The notes under the pieces were generated by a model, which saw only the letters and a program-made list of their open reading frames with translations, was not told the DNA's origin and searched no databases. From NCBI GenBank assembly GCA_963835575.1, contig CAWIGG010000002.1, positions 704,001-768,000 on the forward strand: a stretch of DNA of 64,000 nt, written 5' to 3'. A program made the position numbers and the translations under genes. Positions 21,989 to 31,615 of this stretch are shown in pieces (the stretch's first letter is position 1; each line of letters begins with the position of its first letter). This DNA is from an uncultured Spirochaetota bacterium (GTDB taxonomy: Bacteria; Spirochaetota; Brevinematia; Brevinematales; JAOACQ01).

Positions 21989-22321
21989 TCAGTCGATTAT
22001 ATCAATAATTGTTCCTGTGCCTTCTTCCTTGGGTGCTGGCTTGTAAACAGCAGGCTCCTGATTGGTATTTTTTTTAGCGCCCTTCTTTCCGGAAAAACCC
22101 TGTTCATTACTTTCTTTTGATTCAGGGTTGATCTTATTAAATTCCTCGGAATACTCGTCTAAATTTTTGACCTTCGCATTAGTTTCATTGCTTTCACGGT
22201 GGATTTTTTCATTTTCCATTATTTTGCCGGATTGAGCAGCATTTACGGTACGGGCTAAATTATCCGATAGTTCAGACGCTTTTGTCAGGTTAACCTGCAG
22301 ATCAATAGGTAATACGCTCAT
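21989..22321 (-). CDS. Conserved hypothetical protein
   Basis: RBS GAGAGG; MSVLPIDLQ...GTGTIIDI termini. Confidence 0.7.
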   Translation of the reverse strand: MSVLPIDLQVNLTKASELSDNLARTVNAAQSGKIMENEKIHRESNETNAKVKNLDEYSEEFNKINPESKESNEQGFSGKKGAKKNTNQEPAVYKPAPKEEGTGTIIDIID

Positions 22322-22354
22322 AAGCCCTCTCAGGTTACTTATAATATTATAATA

Positions 22355-22860
22355 AAAAGCAGGCCTGTAAGCCGGGTTCTGTTTCCCTCACCATTTTGTG
22401 AGCCCCGGCGGGAAGACCTGCAAAATGGTGAGGGACGGGAAACATCTATCTGGTTTTATTCTTACGAATAAACTCCAGCGGTTTACCCGCATTCCCTGAT
22501 TTATCATCAGCCGCAAAGCCGCGGCATGGAATGCCTATTTAACCTTGCATCCCAGGGGGTTTGCAATGCCGGGCTGTTTACACAGCCCGCGGTGGTCTCT
22601 TGCACCGCCTTTTCACCCTTACCCAGCACCACTTACGCATCAGGTATTCGCCGAAGGATATAGATTGATGCGTAAGTGGTGCTGGACGGTATATTTTCTG
22701 TTGCACTTTCCATCCCTGCAAAAGCAGGGTCCGGCTGTTAACCGGCCTGTTGCTTTTTGATGCCCGGACTTTCCTCCCAGCACCACTTGCGCATCCGGTC
22801 TTCATCAGAGGATATAGATTGATGCGTAAGTGGTGCTGGGCGTTTCCCCGGCCTGCTTTT
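22355..22860 (-). ncRNA. rnpB: RNase P RNA (class A), unusually long
   Basis: Minus strand has GAGGAAAGTCCGGGC, GGAAAGTGCAACAGA, GGGTGAAAAGGCGGTGCAAGAGAC, ACAGAACCCGGCTTAC; P1 AAAAGCAGGCC pairs with GGCCTGCTTTT. Confidence 0.95.
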
Positions 22861-22913
22861 ATAATATCGGCTATATTCTGTAACTGAAAAGGCTATTTGT
22901 CAAGTGATTATAT

Positions 22914-23040
22914 TAAGGGCACTTCTAAAAACCAACATTATACTTAATAATCGAGAACATCTTTGTCTCTAACTATAATATTTATAGCGTTTCCAAAAAC
23001 TTAAATTTAATAATTATGGTAGTTTTTGGAACCGCCCTTA
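22914..23040. repeat. MITE-like 127-bp element with 19-bp imperfect terminal IRs
   Basis: TAAGGGCACTTCTAAAAAC ... GTTTTTGGAACCGCCCTTA. Confidence 0.6.
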
Positions 23041-23052
23041 TTTTGTTATCGA

Positions 23053-24039
23053 TTAAAGAGTTGGAGCTTTATTGTTTAAGGCGTACTCCTTTTCATTTAA
23101 AAAAGGATAAATATCAAAAATTTTAAGGCTGTTTTTCCCATGTCGGATTTCTAAATAGAGGCCTGTATTGCCAATGAAAGAAATATATCCGGCATTTCCA
23201 ATTGGCTGATTTTCCGAAACATTTTCTCCTACATGAACCGATATCTTACTCAAAAAACCGTATACGGAATAAAGTTCATTATCATATTGAACAATAACGA
23301 CATTATTATATCCGGACATGACGCCGGCATATTTAATGATCCCCTTTTTTATCGTCCTTATGAGAGTATCTTTTTCCAGATAAACAATGATTCCCCGTCC
23401 GTTATTTTGTACATAATGGACGTCATTTTTATTGACAGGGAAAAGAGGGTTTTTTTCTATATAATTTTTATTTGAATATTTTCTAACAGCCGGCGCTTCT
23501 TCTTTTTTATTTGAATTTATTAATAGTTTTTCACCGCAATAGATCGTATCTGATGTTTTTTTATTTCTTTCTTTTAATTCAGCCTTAGTAACATTGAATT
23601 TTTTAGATAGAGTTAAAAGGGTATCTCTTTTTTTAACCGTATAATAATTTAAAATATCATGTTTTGTTTCATTATCAGCCTGATTTGTCATAAAAAAAGC
23701 TATTTTTAATTTCTGACCTTCAAAAAGATCAATTTTATTTAAATTATTAAGTTCAGAGATTATTTCTATTTTCGAATTGTTTTCCAGAGCGATTTTAGTG
23801 AGATTATCTCCCTTTTTAACAATATATTCAAATATTTTATCCGGGATAATAAGTTTTTGACCTATTAAAAGTTTATTATGAATTTTGTTAATAGAAGAAA
23901 TATTTTCTTCACTGATATTATACTTCTTTGATATACTCCAGATCGTATCGTCTCTTCTCACTTCATGAATAATGCAATGTCCTGCCTCAAATAATAAGAA
24001 AGATAATAAAAAGCCGCATTTCAGCTTTTTTAACAGCAT
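23053..24039 (-). CDS. LysM x3 + degenerate M23 domain protein
   Basis: Three LysM repeats; M23-like fold lacking His ligands; probable start MLLKKLK. Confidence 0.8.
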   Translation of the reverse strand: MLLKKLKCGFLLSFLLFEAGHCIIHEVRRDDTIWSISKKYNISEENISSINKIHNKLLIGQKLIIPDKIFEYIVKKGDNLTKIALENNSKIEIISELNNLNKIDLFEGQKLKIAFFMTNQADNETKHDILNYYTVKKRDTLLTLSKKFNVTKAELKERNKKTSDTIYCGEKLLINSNKKEEAPAVRKYSNKNYIEKNPLFPVNKNDVHYVQNNGRGIIVYLEKDTLIRTIKKGIIKYAGVMSGYNNVVIVQYDNELYSVYGFLSKISVHVGENVSENQPIGNAGYISFIGNTGLYLEIRHGKNSLKIFDIYPFLNEKEYALNNKAPTL

Positions 24040-24124
24040 ATAACCATCCGATTCAGCCTGCTTTTTGCCATTTCTATTGTCGGAAGACAAAGACTGATAC
24101 TGAATATAAAAGGATTTATTAAAT

Positions 24125-24156
24125 AAAAAACCCGCCTCTCTATTGAGAGGCGGGTT
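24125..24156 (-). terminator. Intrinsic terminator of ABC ATPase gene
   Basis: AACCCGCCTCTC-TATT-GAGAGGCGGGTT with A-run on the left. Confidence 0.8.
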
Positions 24157-24171
24157 ATAATTCAGATTAAA

Positions 24172-25278
24172 TTATATGATAGACAGTTCTGTTTCATTAT
24201 CATATAAATGAGCATTCTTTAAATCAAAAATAAATTCCACATTAGTGTCGCCGATATGAAGAATAATGGATGGTTCATATTTTGCAACAAAGGCAGTATT
24301 TGTAGTTGAGAAAAAGATATGCTGCTCAGAGCCGAGATGTTCGACGATTTCCACATTTGCCGTGCCGAAATTGTTGTCAACCTGGCCGAGGAATGTGGTT
24401 TTGTCATAAATATCTTCAGGTCTGATCCCAAAAGTGACGTCCTTACCGGCATAAGGTTTGGCTTTTTCAACAAACATAGCCGGCAGCTTCATCTGGAAAT
24501 CTTTAAAGTCAGCCCAGATGGCTCCATGCTTTTCTACTAACGTAACGCTGAAGAAGTTCATGGGCGGCGTGCCGATAAATCCGGCGACAAATTTGTTGAT
24601 CGGGTGGGAATAGACTTCCATAGGAGTGCCGATCTGCTGTATGACCTGGTTGTTCATGACAACAATCTTTGTGCCCATTGTCATAGCTTCGAGCTGGTCA
24701 TGAGTCACATAAATGGATGTGACTTTCAGTTTGGCATGAATTTTAATGAGCTCCGCTCTCATCTGGACCCTTAACTTCGCGTCCAGGTTGGAAAGAGGTT
24801 CATCAAATAGAAATACCTTAGGTCTTCTGGTGATGACTCTTCCGATGGCAACCCTCTGTTTCTGACCGCCGGAAAGGGCTTTAGGTTTTCTTTTTAAATA
24901 ATCAGCCAGACCGAGGATTGTAGCGGCATCATTCACTCTTTTCTTGATCTCTTCCTTGGGATAATTTCTAAGCCGGAGACCAAAAGCCATGTTTTCTTCC
25001 ACGGTCATATGCGGATAAAGAGCGTAATTCTGGAAAACCATTGCGATATCCCTGTCTTTAGGCTGTTTGTTATTGACAAGGACATTGTCAATAAAAATCT
25101 CGCCTTCGGTAATTTCTTCCAGACCGGCAAGCATTCTCAAAGTAGTTGATTTCCCGCAGCCGGAAGGTCCGACAAGGACGACAAACTCTTTGTCTTTGAT
25201 TTCCAGATTGACATCTTTAACAGCGACTACACCTCCTTCATAAACTTTCGTGACGTGTTTAAACAACACTTCAGCCAT
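24172..25278 (-). CDS. Sugar ABC transporter ATP-binding protein (MsmX/UgpC/MalK family)
   Basis: GPSGCGKST, VFQNYALYPHM, LSGGQKQR, DEPLSNLDAKLR, TOBE domain. Confidence 0.93.
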   Translation of the reverse strand: MAEVLFKHVTKVYEGGVVAVKDVNLEIKDKEFVVLVGPSGCGKSTTLRMLAGLEEITEGEIFIDNVLVNNKQPKDRDIAMVFQNYALYPHMTVEENMAFGLRLRNYPKEEIKKRVNDAATILGLADYLKRKPKALSGGQKQRVAIGRVITRRPKVFLFDEPLSNLDAKLRVQMRAELIKIHAKLKVTSIYVTHDQLEAMTMGTKIVVMNNQVIQQIGTPMEVYSHPINKFVAGFIGTPPMNFFSVTLVEKHGAIWADFKDFQMKLPAMFVEKAKPYAGKDVTFGIRPEDIYDKTTFLGQVDNNFGTANVEIVEHLGSEQHIFFSTTNTAFVAKYEPSIILHIGDTNVEFIFDLKNAHLYDNETELSII

Positions 25279-25526
25279 TTGTATCCTCCTAATATTTTTT
25301 TTACAATAAATAATGAGATATTACTAATTTCCGCATACTATATTTTAAAGGGAAAAAAGAATTGGTCAATATTTTTGATGTAAAAAACATTGAAAATTCT
25401 TAAAATTAAGCAATTCTTTTTTAATTTTAACTAATATATTTATTATTTTAACATTATCTGATGGTCCTGAAATCCTTGATTAACACGTAAAATAACCACA
25501 AATTATGGAACTACCTGTATAACACT

Positions 25527-25554
25527 TTGACAATTAGATTTAATCCTTTATAAT
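25527..25554 (+). promoter_or_regulatory. Sigma70 consensus promoter
   Basis: TTGACA-N16-TATAAT 40 bp upstream of ATG 25594. Confidence 0.65.
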
Positions 25555-25593
25555 ATACGAATATTATTAATATTGTATTTTTGAGAGGTTTTA

Positions 25594-26859
25594 ATGGCTG
25601 TTGGGGATTTTAATCTGGTCCGTTTTCAGAAGGGCGCTTATATTTTGATGGAGGGACAGCCGGAAAACAGTGAATTTTACATCATCAAGCAGGGCGGCAT
25701 CAAAGTCAGCAGTTCTATAAATTTTGTGGCCCAGCAATCGGCAGAGGGAAAATTGACAGCCGGGGATTTTTTCGGTGTTATATCCTGTATGGCAAGGCGG
25801 CCGAATCTTGAAAATGTTTATGCGGATGAGGAAACCATAGCTATTGTTGTTCAGTGTGAAAAATTCGGCCAGCTGATACAGAGTAATCCGGCCATCGCTC
25901 TGAAAATAATACGGTATTTCAGCCAGCTTCTGAGATATTATGATTCTTTTCTTGCTAAAATGGTTTCAAAAACCGAGAGCGTACAGATAGAAGAGGACAG
26001 CCCGGAGAATTTATTTCAAATGGGAGAATATTTTTTTACCAGGAAAAGTATTTATGCTTATGCCGGTTATGCCTATCTGCAGTATATTCAAATGCTGCCC
26101 AACAGCCCTTATTGTGAAAAAGCCAGGGAAAGGCTGGAAAGGATTGATAAGTCAAGCATAAAAATAGCCCCGGTAAAAGAAGGGAATCTTTATATTTATG
26201 AAGATAAACAGATTATATTTCTTCAGGGAGAAGTCGGGCAGGCTCTTTATGTTATCCAGGAAGGAGAAGTTAAAATTACCCGTTTTTATAATAATCAGGA
26301 AGTTCTCCTGGATGTCCTGAAAAAAGGCGATATTTTCGGTGAAATGGCCATACTTGAAAATAAACCGAGGAATGCAAACGCCTTTGCGAACGGCCGCCTC
26401 AAGCTGATGCTGATAACAAAAGAAAACTTTGATTTTGTCGTCAAAAGTTATCCGCAGATCGTCACAAAGATCATTGAAATCCTTTCCGACAGGATCTGGA
26501 TTATCTACCGGCAGATGGTCAATATGCTGATTACCAATCCCGAGACAAAATTATATGACGCGCTTTATACCCAGCTTCTTAAGAACAGGGTCCAGACTGA
26601 TCAAAAAAGGCTTTATACTTTTAATTTCGGCGCTGAAGACCTCCTTAAATTTTCCGGGATGTATAACGAGGAAGGATGGCAGGTCTGGAGGGAGCTTAAA
26701 AAGAATGACAGGAATTTAGAAACGTCATCTGAAGGTAAAATTATCTACAATGATATTTCGCAGATCGAAAGAAAAATCAATCTTATCCGCAGGGAAAAAG
26801 AGATCATCCGCAACCTGCAGGCGCAGTCTGAAAAGGATAATAACAGCAAAAAAACTTAA
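25594..26859 (+). CDS. Tandem cNMP-binding (Crp/Fnr-like) protein
   Basis: Two cNMP domains (GDFFGVIS; GDIFGEMAILENKPRNANA). Confidence 0.85.
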   Translation: MAVGDFNLVRFQKGAYILMEGQPENSEFYIIKQGGIKVSSSINFVAQQSAEGKLTAGDFFGVISCMARRPNLENVYADEETIAIVVQCEKFGQLIQSNPAIALKIIRYFSQLLRYYDSFLAKMVSKTESVQIEEDSPENLFQMGEYFFTRKSIYAYAGYAYLQYIQMLPNSPYCEKARERLERIDKSSIKIAPVKEGNLYIYEDKQIIFLQGEVGQALYVIQEGEVKITRFYNNQEVLLDVLKKGDIFGEMAILENKPRNANAFANGRLKLMLITKENFDFVVKSYPQIVTKIIEILSDRIWIIYRQMVNMLITNPETKLYDALYTQLLKNRVQTDQKRLYTFNFGAEDLLKFSGMYNEEGWQVWRELKKNDRNLETSSEGKIIYNDISQIERKINLIRREKEIIRNLQAQSEKDNNSKKT

Positions 26860-26996
26860 AAAAGAAAATAAAAGCAGCAAGAGAATAAAAAAGATTCCCG
26901 ATCAGTAAAGAATACCTTCGGCTTTGAGGAATTCTTCTTTATTTAATTTCTTAAAAATGCTATAATTCAGAGTAAAATATAAGGCAGGATAAACCT

Positions 26997-28421
26997 ATGG
27001 CAATTTATAATAATCCCCTGGAAACCCGCTATGCGTCAAAAGAAATGCTTTCATTATTTTCCGAAGAAACAAAATTCCTGACATGGCGCGACTGCTGGAT
27101 CGCCCTCGCCGAGGCGGAAAAAGAACTCGGCCTGAATATCACAAAGGAGCAGATAGAGGACCTTAAAAAAAACAGGGACAATTTGAATCTAGAAAGAGCG
27201 CGCGAAATCGAGAAGGAAATCCATCATGACGTTATGAGCCATATCCGGGCTTACGGCGAAGCGGCGGAAAAAGCGAAGGGGATCATCCATCTCGGCGCGA
27301 CATCCGCTTATGTCACGGACAATACGGATATGATCATATTTAAAAAGGCCCTCCTCCTGATAAAACAGCGGCTTGTAACCCTGATCAATGAATTAAAGGA
27401 CAAATGCCTTGAATATAAAGATATGCCGGTGCTCGGATACACGCATCTTCAGCCGGCCCAGCCGACAACGCTCGGCAAGCGGATGAGCCTCTGGCTTTAT
27501 GACCTTGTTCTTGATTTTGAGGACATGGAATTCCGCCTATCGCGGTTTACGACACGGGGCGTCAAGGGAACAACGGGGACACAGGCCAGCTTCATGGAGC
27601 TCTTTGAAGGGGATAATAAAAAAGTTAAGCGATTGGACTATCTTGTGGCCCAAAAGCTGGGTTTTGATTCGAGCGTACCCGTCAGCGGGCAGACCCTTTC
27701 AAGAAAGTTCGATGTGCAGATCCTCGATCTTCTTTCGGGAATAGCCCAGTCTGCCCACCGCGCGGCCAATGACATCCGGCTTCTCCAGCACAGCTGGCAG
27801 ATCGAGGAGCCTTTTGATAAAAAGCAGGTCGGTTCTTCCGCCATGCCGTATAAGCGGAACCCGATCCTGGCGGAAAGAATGTCATCGCTTGCTCGCTATG
27901 CCATCAATAATGTCCTGAACGCCGCCTACACCTTCTCATTTCAGTTTCTCGAAAGGACCCTGGATGACTCGGCCAACCGGCGCATCTCGATGGCGGAGGG
28001 ATTCCTGGTCGCAGATTCGATCCTGATCATATATCAGAAGCTGATGAAAGGCCTGAATGTTTATCCGGACGTGATAAATACGCATTTAAAAAACAATCTG
28101 CCCTTCTTTGCCACCGAAAACATCCTGATGAAGGCAGTCAAACATGGCGGAAACAGGCAGGAGCTCCATGAAGTGATCCGCGATTTTGCCATGAGGCAGG
28201 TCGAAGCGATCCGCAAGGGAGAAAAATACGACATGCTTTCTGAAATGAAAAAAAGCGGCAGGTTCAATCTTCCTGAAAATGAATGGAATACCATCGGAAA
28301 TTTCAGCAGCTACACCGGCCGCGCGCCTCGGCAGGTCGAGGAATTTATCAGTGAAACGGTTGAACCCATCCTCAAGAAGAACAAGGAATTCATAGGGATT
28401 AAAGCCGAGATCAGGGTGTAG
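26997..28421 (+). CDS. purB: Adenylosuccinate lyase
   Basis: PLETRYAS, HDVMSH, THLQPAQPTT, GSSAMPYKRNP. Confidence 0.95.
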   Translation: MAIYNNPLETRYASKEMLSLFSEETKFLTWRDCWIALAEAEKELGLNITKEQIEDLKKNRDNLNLERAREIEKEIHHDVMSHIRAYGEAAEKAKGIIHLGATSAYVTDNTDMIIFKKALLLIKQRLVTLINELKDKCLEYKDMPVLGYTHLQPAQPTTLGKRMSLWLYDLVLDFEDMEFRLSRFTTRGVKGTTGTQASFMELFEGDNKKVKRLDYLVAQKLGFDSSVPVSGQTLSRKFDVQILDLLSGIAQSAHRAANDIRLLQHSWQIEEPFDKKQVGSSAMPYKRNPILAERMSSLARYAINNVLNAAYTFSFQFLERTLDDSANRRISMAEGFLVADSILIIYQKLMKGLNVYPDVINTHLKNNLPFFATENILMKAVKHGGNRQELHEVIRDFAMRQVEAIRKGEKYDMLSEMKKSGRFNLPENEWNTIGNFSSYTGRAPRQVEEFISETVEPILKKNKEFIGIKAEIRV

Positions 28422-28768
28422 ACACCAAGGGTAACCCGCGAATGCACGCGAATAAACACGCGAATGAGAAATAAAAGCTGGACGCTGAGTAACCGCAGTG
28501 TTGCTTTACGGTCACTTCGATATGCGGTTTTGCCGCTACACTTTGACTAATGCTCAGTGCGGCGCTCAGTGACCGATCTTTTAAAATAAATGCGGTGTAT
28601 CGAAGCGTCCATATAAATAATCATTTATTATAAAATCCACACCATTCGCTTCTTCCGCGTGCAATTGGGATATTAAGCAAGGATTTTAAATTAATGACTT
28701 TTTATATTAAAATTAACACCAGTAAAACAACTTTGTGGATCTTGGCGGTTCTTTGTGTCTTGGTGGTT
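28421..28768. repeat. Nested intergenic inverted-repeat elements (CACNAAG, CGCGAAT and CTTCGA/GCTCAG REP-like families)
   Basis: Arms at 28434-28465/28644-28670, 28480-28610 and 28731-28768. Confidence 0.7.
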
Positions 28769-28791
28769 AATTAAAAGCATAAGGATAAATC

Positions 28792-31467
28792 ATGCCGGAT
28801 GAAGAATTAAAAGAGGAAGAACAATTAACTTCTGCTCAATTGACTCCGATGGTACGTCAATATCAGGAAATTAAAGCCCGCCACAGGGATAAAATCCTTC
28901 TTTTCAGAGTAGGGGATTTCTATGAGATGTTCTTTGACGACGCGAAGGAAGCCGCGCAGATTTTAAACATCGCGCTGACAGCCCGTAATGATATGCCGAT
29001 GGCGGGATTCCCCTATCACGCGGCCGCCCAGTATATTTATAAACTTATTTCCGCCGGGAAAAAAGCGGCAGTCTGCGAACAGCTGGAAGACCCGTCAAAA
29101 GCCAAAGGCCTGGTCAAACGCGACATCGTCAGCATTGTGACGCCGGGCACAGTGATAGATGATAATTATCTTGGAAAGAAGCAGAATAATTATCTCCTTT
29201 CGATATACGGCAATGCAGAGAGTTTGGCGCTGTCTTTTATCGATATTTCCACTGGAGATTCTTGTGTTCTCTCATCGAAAAGCATTCCGACGGGAAATGA
29301 AAAATACCGTGTTCTGCAGGATGAAATAGCGCGGTTTTCTCCTTCTGAAATCATATACAATGAAAAATTGAAGGATGATCCGGGAATTAACCTGGAGCTT
29401 CAAAATTCCGGCGTCCTTTATGAGGCTTTCCCGGAGTGGTATTTTGAGGATTTTTCAGAAAGCAGTAAAAAATTGAACTACTTAAAGGAAATTAAAGATG
29501 TCCCAGTTCTCAGGAAAAGCCTCCTGGGCGCCGTCCATTACCTTTTTGAGACCCAGGGCGGAAGCGTTAATATCAACGCGGATGATTTTTATAAAAATAT
29601 CCAGTCTGTCTTGAATAATACGCAGATCATGAATAAAAACAGCCTTGTGGAGATGGATGATTTTACCATACGGAATCTGGAACTGATCAAAAATATGCAG
29701 GATGGAGGTAGAAAATTCACACTGCTTGAAGTTCTGGATTCGACGATAACGCCGATGGGCGGCAGGCTTCTCCGGGCGTGGATCCTGATGCCCCTCTATG
29801 ATAAGCAGAAAATTTATGAAAGACAGAATTTTACTGAGGCCTTTTTTGACGACGGCATCCTGACAGCGAAAGTCAGGGATATTTTAAAGAAGATCAGCGA
29901 TATTGAAAGGCTTTCCGCGAGAATTGCCTTGAAAAGGGTTATCCCGAGGGAACTGCCGTCGCTTTCATCTTCTCTTAAACATACTGTTGAATTAAAGAAT
30001 ATTCTGATTTCCAGAGACGATTTAAAATCTCTTGCCGGACAGATTATTGAGCTCAATGATGTGTCTGAACTGATCGACCGTTCCATTCTGGAAGAGCCGT
30101 CTTCCACGTTCGGCGGGGAAGTGATAAAAGAAGGCTATGATGAAGAGCTTGACAGGCTCAGAAAAATGATGCGGGAAGGCAAAGACTGGATCATCAAGCT
30201 TCAGAACCAGGAGAGGGAAAAAACAGGGATTAATTCGCTTAAAGTGAAATATAATAATATCTTCGGTTATTTTATCGAGATCAGCAAGGCGAATCTGGAC
30301 GGTGTGCCGCCGCATTATATCCGTAAACAGAGCCTTGTCAACGCCGAGCGTTATACAATTCCGGAGCTTTCCGAATATGAAATGCAGATCAACAGCGCCA
30401 CGGAAAAAGTAGTCAAACTGGAAGAGGAAATATTCAGCCGGGTCGTTGATGAAGTCGCCCAAAAAACCCCTCTCCTACAGAAAATCGCCCATACGGTGGC
30501 ACTTATTGACATTTATTCAAACTTTGCCGTAACGGCAAAAGAAAATAATTATGTAAAGCCGTCGATTACCGAAGAAGGGGATTTTCATATCATTGAGGGC
30601 AGGCATGCGGTCGTTGAAAAATATATGGGAAAAAACCTCTTTGTGCCGAATGACACCATTCTCGATAATGATGAGAACAGGATCCTGATCCTGACAGGTC
30701 CGAATATGGCCGGTAAATCCACATACCTGAGGCAGAACGCCCTTATTTCGGTAATGGCGCAGATCGGGAGCTTTGTGCCCGCGCGGGAAGCCCGTATAGG
30801 GCTGGTGGATAAAATCTTTACCCGCATCGGCGCTTCAGATAACCTCGCGCAGGGCCAGTCCACGTTTTTGGTCGAGATGCGGGAAGCGGCCAATATCCTG
30901 CGCAATTCCACGAAAAAGAGCCTGATCATTATGGACGAGCTCGGGCGGGGTACTTCCACGTATGACGGACTTTCCATAGCCTGGGCTGTTGTCGAATATC
31001 TTCATGAACACCCTGAAAAGGGCGGCAAGACTCTCTTCGCGACGCATTATCATGAACTGACCAGGCTCGGCGAAAAAAAGGGCATCCAGAATTACAATAT
31101 AGCCGTCAGGGAATACAAAGACGAGCTTGTTTTCCTCCGCAAGGTGATCGCGGGTCCGGCAGACCGCAGTTACGGGATTTATGTGGCCAAACTTGCCGGA
31201 ATACCGCAGGAGATCATAGATAGGGCCAAGATCATTCTGGAAACCCTGGAAGCCGGAGGCAACCAGGCGAAAAACAGGATCGAATCCATATTTGATAAAG
31301 AATACAGGAAATCAAAACAGGAGCTTAAAACATCCTCTGAAATAGACCTTTTTACAGACCAGTCCTACCAGAATATAATCGATAAGATCAGGAACATCGA
31401 TATCAACCGCATCACGCCTCTTGAGGCCATTACATTCCTTGCGGAGCTGAAGAAGCTGATAAAATAA
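28792..31467 (+). CDS. mutS: DNA mismatch repair protein MutS
   Basis: TPMVRQY, GDFYEMF, TGPNMAGKSTY, STFLVEM, DELGRGTS, FATHYHEL. Confidence 0.97.
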   Translation: MPDEELKEEEQLTSAQLTPMVRQYQEIKARHRDKILLFRVGDFYEMFFDDAKEAAQILNIALTARNDMPMAGFPYHAAAQYIYKLISAGKKAAVCEQLEDPSKAKGLVKRDIVSIVTPGTVIDDNYLGKKQNNYLLSIYGNAESLALSFIDISTGDSCVLSSKSIPTGNEKYRVLQDEIARFSPSEIIYNEKLKDDPGINLELQNSGVLYEAFPEWYFEDFSESSKKLNYLKEIKDVPVLRKSLLGAVHYLFETQGGSVNINADDFYKNIQSVLNNTQIMNKNSLVEMDDFTIRNLELIKNMQDGGRKFTLLEVLDSTITPMGGRLLRAWILMPLYDKQKIYERQNFTEAFFDDGILTAKVRDILKKISDIERLSARIALKRVIPRELPSLSSSLKHTVELKNILISRDDLKSLAGQIIELNDVSELIDRSILEEPSSTFGGEVIKEGYDEELDRLRKMMREGKDWIIKLQNQEREKTGINSLKVKYNNIFGYFIEISKANLDGVPPHYIRKQSLVNAERYTIPELSEYEMQINSATEKVVKLEEEIFSRVVDEVAQKTPLLQKIAHTVALIDIYSNFAVTAKENNYVKPSITEEGDFHIIEGRHAVVEKYMGKNLFVPNDTILDNDENRILILTGPNMAGKSTYLRQNALISVMAQIGSFVPAREARIGLVDKIFTRIGASDNLAQGQSTFLVEMREAANILRNSTKKSLIIMDELGRGTSTYDGLSIAWAVVEYLHEHPEKGGKTLFATHYHELTRLGEKKGIQNYNIAVREYKDELVFLRKVIAGPADRSYGIYVAKLAGIPQEIIDRAKIILETLEAGGNQAKNRIESIFDKEYRKSKQELKTSSEIDLFTDQSYQNIIDKIRNIDINRITPLEAITFLAELKKLIK

Positions 31468-31473
31468 TTTTCT

Positions 31474-31604
31474 AAACACCTGGACAAAAAGACACTAAGA
31501 TTCACAAACGGGGTTATCCGCGAATGCACGCGAATTTACGCAAATTGGAATAAAGTTTTGAATCGAATAATTTTCATTAGCGTGTATTCGCGTGACTTCG
31601 CGGA
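31474..31604. repeat. CACNAAG-type arm followed by complete CGCGAAT-type inverted-repeat element
   Basis: TCCGCGAAT GCACGCGAAT TTACGCAAAT (31517-31545) vs ATTAGCGTGT ATTCGCGTGA CTTCGCGGA (31576-31604). Confidence 0.75.
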
Positions 31605-31615
31605 AGACTTGTTAT

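Noticed and set aside
22545..22805. Short ORFs at 22545-22760 and 22578-22805
   Set aside because: They overlap RNase P RNA; the shared LMRKWCW peptide is a by-product of the palindrome
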